A stretch of DNA of 64,000 bases from Alphaproteobacteria bacterium (GTDB taxonomy: Bacteria; Pseudomonadota; Alphaproteobacteria; CAAHEQ01; UBA3637), in assembly GCA_045605805.1 (NCBI GenBank), contig JAZUQR010000021.1:85336-149335 (forward strand). The letters are read 5' to 3'. Under the pieces are notes generated by a model, which had not been told where the DNA came from, searched no databases, and saw only the letters and a list, made by a program, of their open reading frames with translations. The translations under genes and the position numbers were made by a program. This document shows positions 10,419 through 19,539 of the stretch, piece by piece. The first letter of the stretch is position 1, and the number at the start of each line of letters is the position of its first letter.

Positions 10419-10483
10419 TCAAATTATACATTTTCTTCGTAACTCTGATCATACCAAAATGAAAATTGAATGTCAAGCATATA

Positions 10484-10613
10484 ATGTTAAAAAAAGTTAT
10501 TTTATTTAACATATTTTAACATTTTATAACAGATGTGGTGAAGGACATTTTAAAACACCCTTATTTTACAACGGTTTTAAGAATAATGTTAAAAAATGAT
10601 TCTTTTTTAACAT
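10484..10613. promoter_or_regulatory. Two palindromic tyrosine-recombinase-type sites
   Basis: ATGTTAAAAAA-7bp-TTATTTAACAT (10484-10512) and ATGTTAAAAAA-TGATTC-TTTTTTAACAT (10586-10613). Confidence 0.6.
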
Positions 10614-10684
10614 TTTTGTTTTCTCTGGACTTTTTGATTGTTTTATGATAAAATTTAACCAAATTTTAACCATTTGGAATAACC

Positions 10685-12271
10685 ATGAGAAAATTTGATA
10701 ACGAAATATCTTTTGCTGGAACAGAAAAGGAACATAATTTTATTTTATATGGTCATGAGGAAAAATATGTTCCCTTTAATCTCAAGTATCTACCCGATAT
10801 ACAACTTCTGTGTGTAAAGAATCTAATACAGATTTTTGCTAATAGGGGATCAGAATATGTCATATATGCCTTTGCATTAAACGCTGTCAGTGATGGATTC
10901 TTCCCATTGTTAGATATTTGCCTTGATTACAGTAAGGCAAAATGTAAAAGTCATGAGGTTAGCAAATATATTCTCAAACGACTCAACGGGGAATGGGATA
11001 TTATAGATGGCATTGAGTCCCAAATAGATGATGTCAAGAACAGTATAGATAATGAGACACTAAAAGATCAATTAGAAAGTGAAAAATGGGGCTTGGACCT
11101 GTTGCACGAAGTTACTGCTGGTAACAGGGAACAAAATCTGCGGAAACAGAATCTATTTACAAAATTAGATATGTGCAACCATACATATTATATTAAAGAT
11201 ATCGTTCCAACTGAAATGAACCCAATCATTGAGAAATACATTAAAATGATTTATGAGGTCCTAGAAATAGATACCGAGCCAGTTATCGTTCCTAGCAAGA
11301 ATCAACCATCTGGGAAGGAAGAAGAATTAGCAAAGAAAGGCGTTACCTGTAGAGACAACGTTCTTGTTTTAAGAAACATACATTTTTACGATGTTCTGGA
11401 TGGATCAATTTTGTTGGAGATTGCAGAAGAAAAAATTCCATATACACCACGTTGTATAGTTCTTGATAATTGCTGCTTTGATATACAACACTTTGGATTT
11501 GGACCGCTAACTGACAGGGACTTCTACTTCCATAATTGTCACTTTAAGCAAGGATTCAACTGGATGGGACAAAAGGATTTGAGTCGTATTGTCCTTGATA
11601 ATTGCGTTATTTCTGATTCATTAACATTTAATTTTAACGATTTATCGGAACTTTGCATTAATGACTGTGTCTTTGAAAATACTAGTGATTTAAAAGTGGA
11701 ATGTTTCTCTGAAGATGATGCATATAGAGTCAAGATAACGGATTCTGTGTTTTATGGAGCGTTTGAAGTAACCAAATGCCATAACTTACATCTAACAATG
11801 AACAATGTAACTTTCTATAAACCATTTACTCTCAATAATGATAGATTTAGTTCATTGACAGAGATATTCAATCTTTGCTTCCCATCTAACGCAACGGATG
11901 AAATGGAAGCATCTAAAAAACAATTATATGATAAGTTGGTAAGTTCAAACCTAAAGGAAATGGCAGAAGATTTGAACCTGTTAGCAAATGCAAAACCAAA
12001 GAAACCCGCTTTCGACTATGCTGCCTATCAAGCAGAATATGACACAGGTTGGCTACAATCAAAGAATGCAGCATATCTTTTGGGAAGAAAAGATACGTAT
12101 CTTTCCAAAAAACGTATGGCTGATAAGAAGAAGATTACAAGAACTACCATCCCTTATCGGGGAGATGGTAAGAACATTCAATACCCTGTGGATGCCTTGT
12201 TAGCATTTAAGGCACAGGACTGGAATAAACTAAAAGAACTTCGGAAGAAGTATAATTATTCTATAAAATAG
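10685..12271 (+). CDS. Hypothetical protein: central beta-solenoid repeats plus C-terminal excisionase/AlpA-like HTH
   Basis: Recurring (D/N)C.F units (LDNCCF, HNCHF, DNCVI, NDCVF, TDSVF); C-terminus WLQSKNAAYLLG...IPY...NIQYPVDAL. Confidence 0.5.
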   Translation: MRKFDNEISFAGTEKEHNFILYGHEEKYVPFNLKYLPDIQLLCVKNLIQIFANRGSEYVIYAFALNAVSDGFFPLLDICLDYSKAKCKSHEVSKYILKRLNGEWDIIDGIESQIDDVKNSIDNETLKDQLESEKWGLDLLHEVTAGNREQNLRKQNLFTKLDMCNHTYYIKDIVPTEMNPIIEKYIKMIYEVLEIDTEPVIVPSKNQPSGKEEELAKKGVTCRDNVLVLRNIHFYDVLDGSILLEIAEEKIPYTPRCIVLDNCCFDIQHFGFGPLTDRDFYFHNCHFKQGFNWMGQKDLSRIVLDNCVISDSLTFNFNDLSELCINDCVFENTSDLKVECFSEDDAYRVKITDSVFYGAFEVTKCHNLHLTMNNVTFYKPFTLNNDRFSSLTEIFNLCFPSNATDEMEASKKQLYDKLVSSNLKEMAEDLNLLANAKPKKPAFDYAAYQAEYDTGWLQSKNAAYLLGRKDTYLSKKRMADKKKITRTTIPYRGDGKNIQYPVDALLAFKAQDWNKLKELRKKYNYSIK

Positions 12272-12281
12272 AATTTTCTGC

Positions 12282-12317
12282 TTGATTTAATGATAATTTA
12301 ATGATATAATAATGATA
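12282..12317 (+). promoter_or_regulatory. Sigma70-like promoter of the fic gene overlapped by three phased TAATGATA repeats
   Basis: TTGATT-17-TATAAT (12282-12310); repeats at 11-bp period. Confidence 0.55.
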
Positions 12318-12335
12318 TCTTAAGGAGAAATTATC

Positions 12336-13421
12336 ATGACTTGGCAACCAAAATATACAATTACAAAAGAGATTTTATCTAATTTAACTCGCATAGAACG
12401 GGTAAAAGAAGCATTTGAAAGCAAACCTTTATCGCCTGTTTTATTGAACTCGCTACACAATACCGCCAAAGTGTCCTCCGTCCATTATTCTACGCAAATT
12501 GAGGGAAATCGTTTGTCTATGGAACAGGTGGAAAGAACCTTACACACTATGGCAAAAAAAGCCGCTACACATCACCAACGTGATGAGAAAGAAGTCAAAG
12601 CTTATTATGACGCTTTAAACTACATGGAAAAATATCTGGATGAGAAAGGGACATTTACAGAACCCTTTATCCAAAAAGTCCATGCTTTGATTGAAGGACA
12701 AAAAAAAGTTATCCCCTACCGTGAAACACAAAATGCCATTTATGACAGTGTGAGCGGTGCTTTGGTCTATTTGCCCCCAGAAGCAAAAGATGTTCCTCTG
12801 TTTATGAAAGACATGGTCGCTTGGGTCAGGGAAAATATTGATAACCTGCCTACACCTGTGATTGCTGCCTTGGTACACTATCAATTTGTGACCATTCACC
12901 CGTATTTTGATGGGAATGGTCGTACAGCCCGTTTGATTACTAGTTTCCTTATGAGAAAATATGGTTATGGTTTGAAGGGGATATACTCCTTGGAAGAATA
13001 CTATGCCAAAGATCTTGCCAGTTATTATGAAGCATTGGCAACACATCCGCATCATAACTACTATGAAGGCCGCCATGAAGCAGACTTGACAGGATGGCTA
13101 GAATACTTTATTAAAGGGGTTGCTGAGGCATTTGAAAAGGTGTCTATCAAGGCCGAAGAAGAGGTAAAAAAAGGATTGAGCGTGGACAAGTCTCCACTGA
13201 TCAGACAATTGGATATTAAGCAACGAAAAGCATTGGAATTGTTTGTGGAATATAAAGAAATCACTTCCGGACAATTGGCAGGGTACATGAGAATTTCTGA
13301 ACAATCTGCCAGACTTTTGATGAAAAAGTGGATTGAAGATGGCTTTTTACAAGTAGCTAATCCAGCTAAAAAGAACAGAACTTATGTTTTAACTAAAGAA
13401 TTTGAAGACATCTTAAGTTAG
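12336..13421 (+). CDS. Fic family protein with C-terminal winged HTH
   Basis: HPYFDGNGRTAR Fic motif; STQIEGN inhibitory-helix-like motif. Confidence 0.95.
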   Translation: MTWQPKYTITKEILSNLTRIERVKEAFESKPLSPVLLNSLHNTAKVSSVHYSTQIEGNRLSMEQVERTLHTMAKKAATHHQRDEKEVKAYYDALNYMEKYLDEKGTFTEPFIQKVHALIEGQKKVIPYRETQNAIYDSVSGALVYLPPEAKDVPLFMKDMVAWVRENIDNLPTPVIAALVHYQFVTIHPYFDGNGRTARLITSFLMRKYGYGLKGIYSLEEYYAKDLASYYEALATHPHHNYYEGRHEADLTGWLEYFIKGVAEAFEKVSIKAEEEVKKGLSVDKSPLIRQLDIKQRKALELFVEYKEITSGQLAGYMRISEQSARLLMKKWIEDGFLQVANPAKKNRTYVLTKEFEDILS

Positions 13422-13424
13422 GTG

Positions 13425-13901
13425 TTACTTTATAAGATCCCATAACAAATCGAACGCCATCTTTCCTTGTTTATTCTTCAAGGTTGTTATGTCTGCCCCG
13501 TAATCTATTAGGGCGAATACCGCATTCTTGTTTCTGTTCTTAGATCTTAAGCAACGCATGAGGGCAGTATTCCCAAAGATGTCTTGGGCGTCTATATCTG
13601 CTCCATAATCCACCATGACCCAAGGAACTACGTCCCCACAGTTATTTTCTACCGCAATCATCAATGCAGTTTCCCCACGTCTGTTCTTGTACTTCACATC
13701 TCCCCCCATTTCGATTAATTTCTCTACTTCGTGCGGTTTATGAAATACTGTCATCGCATACATAAATGGGGTAGAGCGATGAACATCATATGGGGCGTTC
13801 AAGTTTGCTCCACGCAATACCAACAATTCTATTTGTTTTAGGTCGTGCTGTTCTATGGCCCTCATAAGACCTTTAACCATTTCTCCAATTCTATGTTCCA
13901 T
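13425..13901 (-). CDS. Ankyrin repeat protein
   Basis: GETALMIA, GADIDAQDIFGNTALM, KNKQGKMAFDL. Confidence 0.9.
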   Translation of the reverse strand: MEHRIGEMVKGLMRAIEQHDLKQIELLVLRGANLNAPYDVHRSTPFMYAMTVFHKPHEVEKLIEMGGDVKYKNRRGETALMIAVENNCGDVVPWVMVDYGADIDAQDIFGNTALMRCLRSKNRNKNAVFALIDYGADITTLKNKQGKMAFDLLWDLIK

Positions 13902-14283
13902 TTAATCTCCTTTTTGATTTATTTATGTAATCTGGCAAATTAAATCTGTGTTTTTCCATTCTCTGCAATATGTATGAAGTTGTTTCAGGTTTCAGCTTGT
14001 CCCACATTCTGAACAAATACTCCAATTCATTAGAGGTCAGTTTAAGTGCATGGTATTTGTACTTGAACAACAACTTCAACATCTCATTCCAGTTTGGCTC
14101 ACAGAACTGATACACCCATGCAAGAGGATGATGATTGAATGACTTATCTATATCCGCTCCTTTCAAAAGTATCTCAACCATTTCCACATCAGGATGAAAT
14201 GTAGCAAACTGACACAGAGGTGTTTCCTCTTTACAACAATCAGCTTTTCCTAAAATGGCTTCTTTAATTTGTTCTTTGTCCAT
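13891..14283 (-). CDS. Hypothetical protein with a degenerate ankyrin repeat
   Basis: ETPLCQFA...EMVEILLKGADID; translationally coupled with neighbours. Confidence 0.55.
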   Translation of the reverse strand: MDKEQIKEAILGKADCCKEETPLCQFATFHPDVEMVEILLKGADIDKSFNHHPLAWVYQFCEPNWNEMLKLLFKYKYHALKLTSNELEYLFRMWDKLKPETTSYILQRMEKHRFNLPDYINKSKRRLNGT

Positions 14284-14651
14284 TAGTATTCCGTGTTCCA
14301 AAATAGAACACCCTCCTGATAAAAGAACTTCCATTTTCCGTGCGGGCAATCCGTAAAGGGTATTTCCTGCTTGTGAAGTATTTTTGTGTTCTTCTTAAAT
14401 GTTATCTTGGCCGTATTGTCATCTCTAACGATAAGAGCTACACCAATTAGGTCCGTGTTTAAATCTGGTTTTGTTTTTACAAAACTATTCACAAGATCCA
14501 AGAACCAATATGCTTCTGCCTTGTCACAGAAGATCTTAACGCCATCTGTATATTCAAAGGCAAGGTGCTTGTTTGTGTAGTAGTTCTCGCTCCCCGTACA
14601 AAAGAACAAGGCCTCCTGTAACTTTAAATTTCTTTCATCTTCTTGGTCCAT
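14283..14651 (-). CDS. DUF6876-like protein
   Basis: TGSENYY...YTDGVK...AEAYWFLDLV...QEIPFTD pattern recalled for this family; GGAG RBS. Confidence 0.6.
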   Translation of the reverse strand: MDQEDERNLKLQEALFFCTGSENYYTNKHLAFEYTDGVKIFCDKAEAYWFLDLVNSFVKTKPDLNTDLIGVALIVRDDNTAKITFKKNTKILHKQEIPFTDCPHGKWKFFYQEGVLFWNTEY

Positions 14652-14901
14652 TATGTCTCCTTTCTGTTGCTACAAAAAGGAGTGTAACACAAACGAACAT
14701 TTCTGTTCCTAGGTCATTAGTTATAAGGGAAACTCTCTCTCAAAATGCCCGAATTGCCTTATACTACCGCATTTCCCATAAAAAACAAGAGCGTTTTAAA
14801 AAAGTTTAAAAAAATTAAAAAAAGAGCTTGATTTTAATGTTCGTTATTTTTCATAAAGAAAACATCCAATAAATACCCATAGATATTACAAAGGAGTTAA
14901 A

Positions 14902-15492
14902 ATGATTTATGGGTATTGTAGATGTTCAACAGGGAAACAAACGGTTAGCCATCAGCACTATGAGGTTCAAAAGTTTGCCAAGGAGAATGGGGTTCAAATT
15001 GATGAGTGGGTAGAAGAAACCATAACTTCCCGAAAACCACTTGCCAAAAGAAGATTGGGTGAGTTGTTAAATAATATGAAGGAACATGACATCCTAATCA
15101 CACCCGAGATCTCACGCATTGGTAGAAGTTTGCTTGAGGTCATGTCAATCTTACAGACCTGTTTAGAAAAGAATTGCCAGATATGGACGATTAAAGAGAA
15201 CTATCGTTTAGGTGCTGATATCCAAAGTAAAGTGTTAGCTTTTGCCTTTGGGCTTGCGGCAGAGATCGAGCGTAATCTTATTTCACAGCGGACAAAGGCA
15301 AGTTTGGAATCATTGAAAAAAGATGGTAAAAAACTCGGTCGACCATTTGGTTCTAAAAACAGAGCGTTGAAACTCTCTAAAAACCGCACAAAGATCAACA
15401 ATCTTCTTGCCAAAGGATTGCCCAAATCCCAGATTGCTCGTATCCTCGGTGTAGATAAAATGACAATGTACAGATTCCTTCGTGAGAATTAA
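14902..15492 (+). CDS. Serine recombinase, Mpi-like DNA invertase/resolvase (copy 2)
   Basis: MIYGYCRCST, EISRIGRS, LGADIQSKVLAFAFGLAAEIERNLISQRTK. Confidence 0.92.
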   Translation: MIYGYCRCSTGKQTVSHQHYEVQKFAKENGVQIDEWVEETITSRKPLAKRRLGELLNNMKEHDILITPEISRIGRSLLEVMSILQTCLEKNCQIWTIKENYRLGADIQSKVLAFAFGLAAEIERNLISQRTKASLESLKKDGKKLGRPFGSKNRALKLSKNRTKINNLLAKGLPKSQIARILGVDKMTMYRFLREN

Positions 15493-15565
15493 AAAGGTTA
15501 TTAAAATTACATTTTTAAATCATTTTCCTATAAATACAAATGTCTATAAGATATAGGAGATACTT

Positions 15566-16000
15566 GTGAATATAAACTTTGAAGAAATAACCGAGAAATT
15601 AAAACATATACAGGATAAATTGAAGAAACCAGAACAAACCGTGCCACCTGTGGAGAATACGCAGAAATCCATAGATGAAGAGGTAGCAGAGGAACTCAGC
15701 TGTCCTCGCAACCAACAGCAAACAGAGGATGCGCAGTTCATCACAAAATGCTATCGTTACCTAAAGAAATTAGGTTATGTCGACAGTCAGTACCAGTTCT
15801 CTGAACAGTTCTTAAACAAGAACAAATACTACTTTGGAATGATCCTCTGCGAACAGAGACATCCCTCCATTGATTCAGTCCATAATCTAATACACAATAT
15901 CAGTGCCTTGAATGATAACTTTGGTAAACAGTTATACCTTGATCGACTTTATGAAGAGGGGCAGTCCATCATTACAAAGCGACTTTTAAAATATCTATGA
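15566..16000 (+). CDS. DUF6626-like hypothetical protein
   Basis: LKKLGYVDSQYQFSEQFLNKNKYYF...RHPS; GTG start after AGGAG. Confidence 0.5.
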   Translation: MNINFEEITEKLKHIQDKLKKPEQTVPPVENTQKSIDEEVAEELSCPRNQQQTEDAQFITKCYRYLKKLGYVDSQYQFSEQFLNKNKYYFGMILCEQRHPSIDSVHNLIHNISALNDNFGKQLYLDRLYEEGQSIITKRLLKYL

Positions 16001-16206
16001 CACCTGCCAATTTGTCAATTGAAGTGCCCCTTGACAGGAAGACAAATACTCATTGAATTCTTTAGGAAAATTAGTCCCAAAAGACAGTTACAATTTGATG
16101 CCAATCATCACCTATAATCAGGGGTGTAACACAAGAAAAAAAACGGAAAAAATGGCCTTCAAAATCCTTAACAAATTCAGTTCCCTATTTTGGGTTCCCA
16201 AAGGCG

Positions 16207-16223
16207 TCTCACCTGCGGCACCA
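16207..16223 (+). repeat. att-like duplicate of a tRNA 3' end (probably tRNA-Thr), copy 1
   Basis: TCTCACCTGCGGCACCA = T-stem 3' strand + acceptor strand + ACCA; followed by a terminator. Confidence 0.7.
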
Positions 16224-16226
16224 TTT

Positions 16227-16257
16227 AAAAAGAGCCCCATTTTTGGGGCTTTTTTTT
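16227..16257 (+). terminator. Intrinsic terminator
   Basis: AGCCCCA-TTTT-TGGGGCT followed by a T run, preceded by an A run. Confidence 0.75.
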
Positions 16258-16349
16258 AATGCGTATCACAAGTGGGAGAGGACTCACGGGGGCAACGTGA
16301 AGTCCAAGCCGAAAGGCGAAAGGGGCCCATTGGAACAATGGGAATTTAC

Positions 16350-16483
16350 ATTCTCACCTGCGGCACCAGGTGATAAAGCCCTCAACGAAATGAGGGCTTT
16401 TACTTTTGTTTGCAAGCCTTTCCACGAGTCCGATAGTGATAACCTCAAAAAATGCTAAAATTCCTCAATTATCGGACTCTTAA
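16350..16483 (+). repeat. tRNA 3'-end duplicate copy 2 fused to dispersed repeat copy A
   Basis: ATTCTCACCTGCGGCACCA, then GTGATAAAGCCCTCA..TGAGGGCTTT hairpin and GAGTCCGATA...TATCGGACTC. Confidence 0.75.
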
Positions 16484-16510
16484 AATCTGATTTTCTGAAA
16501 TTTCAAGATA

Positions 16511-17917
16511 TTAAAATCTGAAATAAATAAACGGGTTATAGGTGGATGCTGCGATAGAAGATACTGACAGTATGAATAAAATCATAATCCACAAATTCAG
16601 ACAGATATGAAAAAGTTTATTTTTAGGGCTATAAACGCAATTTTTGAAAATGGGCATTGAACAAAGTATAGCTATAATAAAAACAAGGATTTCTATATTG
16701 CCAATATAATACTTAACATCATAAAGGGAATTGACATTTAACATACCAAACATATTTTGAATATAACTTAAAGCATAAGATAAGTTTTCTGAACGGAACA
16801 TAACCCAGCCAATGAGAACAACAAACAAAGCGTAAAGGTGTTGTAATGGAAACAGTTTTTTGTTTTCAATTTTATACCAACCTGTCAGTTTTTCAAAAAT
16901 ATTAAACAATCCATGCCACAAACCCCACACCACAAAGTTCCAGCTGGCACCATGCCAAATACCTGTTGCAAGAAACACGATAAAAAGGTTGAAATATGTA
17001 TGCGCACATCCTTTACGATTACCACCCAACGGAATATACAAATAATTTTTAAACCACGAAGACAATGAAATATGCCATCTGCGCCAAAATTCTGTAATAG
17101 ATTTAGAAATATAGGGATAGTTAAAGTTTTCCAAAAATTTAAATCCAAAAATGGAACCTAGTCCAATCGCCATATCCGAATAACCAGAGAAATCATAAAA
17201 TAGTTGAAAACTATAAGCGATAGCACCCATCCAAGCAATGGCTGGTGAAAAAGAAGTCACAGGACTATCAAAAATCTTATCCGCCACTGCGCCCAATGTA
17301 TTCGCCAGCAACACTTTTTTTGCCAGTCCAACAATAAAACGTTTGACCCCATACACAATTTTATCAAAAGTTTCTTGTCGTCTATCAATTTGATCCGCTA
17401 CATCTGCATATTGAACAATAGGCCCAGCAATTAATTGAGGGAATAAGCAGATATAGAGAGCCAATTTGGCAACATTCTTTTGCACCTTTACAACGCCACG
17501 GTATACATCTATCAAGTAAGACATTGCTTGAAAAGTATAAAATGAAATACCAATGGGCATGATAACTTGTATCATGTTGAAGTCGGCTGTAAACAAGGTA
17601 TTGAAATTATCCACAATAAAATTGAAATATTTGAAGTAAATTAAAAAAGAAAGGTCTGCTAAAACAGTTAGTCCAAGAATAGATTTTTTATGGTTTGAAA
17701 AGTTATTTAAAAACAATGCGCCCATATAATTGATCACAATCGTGGCCAACATGATGACGACATAACGTGGCTCTCCCCATACATAAAAGAAAATGCTGGC
17801 TAATAATAACAAATAATTTTTATATTTTGTTTTTGGAAAAAATTTGCAAATTCCTGAATACAGAGCGCATAAAATGGGTAAAAATAAAAAGATAAATGTC
17901 ATTGATGAAAACAGCAT
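16511..17917 (-). CDS. MBOAT O-acyltransferase (AlgI/PatA/DltB-like)
   Basis: PIGISFYTFQ, FPQLIAGPI, DFSGYSDMAIG, EFWRRWHISLS, TGIWHGA, NPFIYFRF. Confidence 0.95.
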   Translation of the reverse strand: MLFSSMTFIFLFLPILCALYSGICKFFPKTKYKNYLLLLASIFFYVWGEPRYVVIMLATIVINYMGALFLNNFSNHKKSILGLTVLADLSFLIYFKYFNFIVDNFNTLFTADFNMIQVIMPIGISFYTFQAMSYLIDVYRGVVKVQKNVAKLALYICLFPQLIAGPIVQYADVADQIDRRQETFDKIVYGVKRFIVGLAKKVLLANTLGAVADKIFDSPVTSFSPAIAWMGAIAYSFQLFYDFSGYSDMAIGLGSIFGFKFLENFNYPYISKSITEFWRRWHISLSSWFKNYLYIPLGGNRKGCAHTYFNLFIVFLATGIWHGASWNFVVWGLWHGLFNIFEKLTGWYKIENKKLFPLQHLYALFVVLIGWVMFRSENLSYALSYIQNMFGMLNVNSLYDVKYYIGNIEILVFIIAILCSMPIFKNCVYSPKNKLFHICLNLWIMILFILSVSSIAASTYNPFIYFRF

Positions 17918-17918
17918 T

Positions 17919-19055
17919 CTAATCCTCCGGAAATTTCAAGGAAAGCAGTGAGGGAATGTATCGCTCCACTGTTTCTAAAATGATAATATCAGCATTATTT
18001 TTAATATACTCCAAATCTGTTTTTGTAATACCCCATCTCCATTCATACTTCACAAAGGAAAAAGTGTTATTCAAATATCTAGTTAAAGCAGTAGTGAAGG
18101 AATCACGAAAAACAACAACTTTTAAAGGCTTGGATTTATTTTTACACTCAAATCCTTTTCTCTGATCCTTATCCTCAGTTTGATATTTACAAAGAGATTC
18201 ATTCGTCATTTCTGGTTCCAAATACTCAGATTGATCTTTTGAAATCGCAAAATTTATCATTTTTGATAGATCACCTGTTTCATGTAAAACTTTCTTATAT
18301 TTGCTGGGATATATGTTTTTGATGTTCTTATGATCTTTTTTTATAACATTTAAGAGTTCTGAATAGGCTATATATGATCCAAAGTCGTTCCAATGCGTAT
18401 CTTGTTTATAGTATAAAAGTCCTTTTGCTTTATTATTTAAAAGTGATTGATATGGGTAAACAACTTTTACCGAAGTATTTTCTTTTAGGTATTTAATAAA
18501 TTGATTAGCTCGGCTTTCTTTATTTGGACGAATTTTTCTTAAAGATGTAATATGTTCACCATAGATTTTGTTTTTATCTGGCGCAATCAAGTAGTAAAAT
18601 GATTTACCGTTTTGCCTTGACCAATTATCAATATCCGACAAATACTGGGAAACGATCTTTAATTCTTCTTCTGAAAAAACAGTTTTGTTTTGAAAATTAT
18701 CCAGCGAGTTATCTCCTTTATAAAATAACCAACCATCATTGCCATAATACACCAGTTCGTTTGATGAAAAATTATCTAAAAGCTTTTTTAGCTTCGTGTG
18801 ATAATGTATTAATTTTCTGCGTCCATTAAAACGGTCATTAAACCAACTTTCAAATTCTGAAGTAAATTTTTCATTAAAGTGATTTTCTACAAAAAGAACG
18901 GGAAATTTAGCCAAAACCCTATTCTCCCTTTTTGACACATTCTCATGGGAGATCTTAGTCATAGGAATAAACAATCAAAGAAAAAACAAGCCTACAAAGA
19001 TTTTATCAATTATTTTTGGGCGCAATTTTTGTTGTAATTCTCTTATTTTTCTCAT
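17919..19055 (-). pseudogene. AlgJ/AlgX-like SGNH O-acetyltransferase with an in-frame TGA in the N-terminal anchor
   Basis: GNDGWLFY, APDK, DTHWN, RDSF; ATG 19055 reads 26 codons to TGA (18975-18977), then continues in frame into ORF 17919..18974. Confidence 0.7.
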
Positions 19056-19105
19056 TCTCATGGAATGAAGTATACAATTTTGTGTTTCCAAATTCAAGGC
19101 AAAAA

Positions 19106-19432
19106 TTTCTCAATTTCTCTTTTAATTCTTCTGTGATTTGAGTCCGATACTGCGCAAATCCAAATAATCCAGTGAATTATTTGGACGCGCAAAGCAATGA
19201 GACACGATGAATTCAAACGGTAGTGTAGAATGAATTGATGTCGGAATTGAAAGCAGCCCGCACCATGTGATAAAGCCCTCAATCAAATGAGGGCTTTTTT
19301 GTAAGCCTTTCCACAAGTCCGGTGGCAAGGGAGGCATTTGTGTTGCGCAGACAGGACGCCGTAGGCGGTCCCGAATATAATGAGGGATAAATTGTGCGTC
19401 AGCCAATTTACATACACCGATTGTTAAAAATC
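19106..19432 (+). repeat. Dispersed intergenic repeat, copy B (longest)
   Basis: Shares long near-identical blocks with 16361-16483, 22562-22720 and 23329-23490. Confidence 0.9.
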
Positions 19433-19539
19433 ACCAAAATTCGTGGGGGAATCAGATGGATGATTTGTATAGCCAGCTTCGTGGTCAACACATCCTTGAC
19501 ATTTTTTTAAAAAATGATAAAATGTTCAGCCAGGAGGAT

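Larger units (their letters stand above)
1..16368. mobile_element. Right part of a tRNA-integrated genomic island
   Basis: Visibly more AT-rich than the 26-42 kb core; recombinases, Fic, defence-like and glycan cargo; ends at two copies of a tRNA 3' end (16207-16223, 16350-16368). Confidence 0.7.

Noticed and set aside
16261-16345. Possible glycine riboswitch or hammerhead ribozyme (GGAGAG...GCCGAAAGGCGAAA)
   Set aside because: Lacks CTCTCAGG (glycine) and CTGATGA (hammerhead); kept only as an unassigned structured spacer
18975-18977. TGA recoding / alternative genetic code
   Set aside because: TGA terminates other genes here (e.g. at 4240 and 7586) and long core genes have no internal TGA
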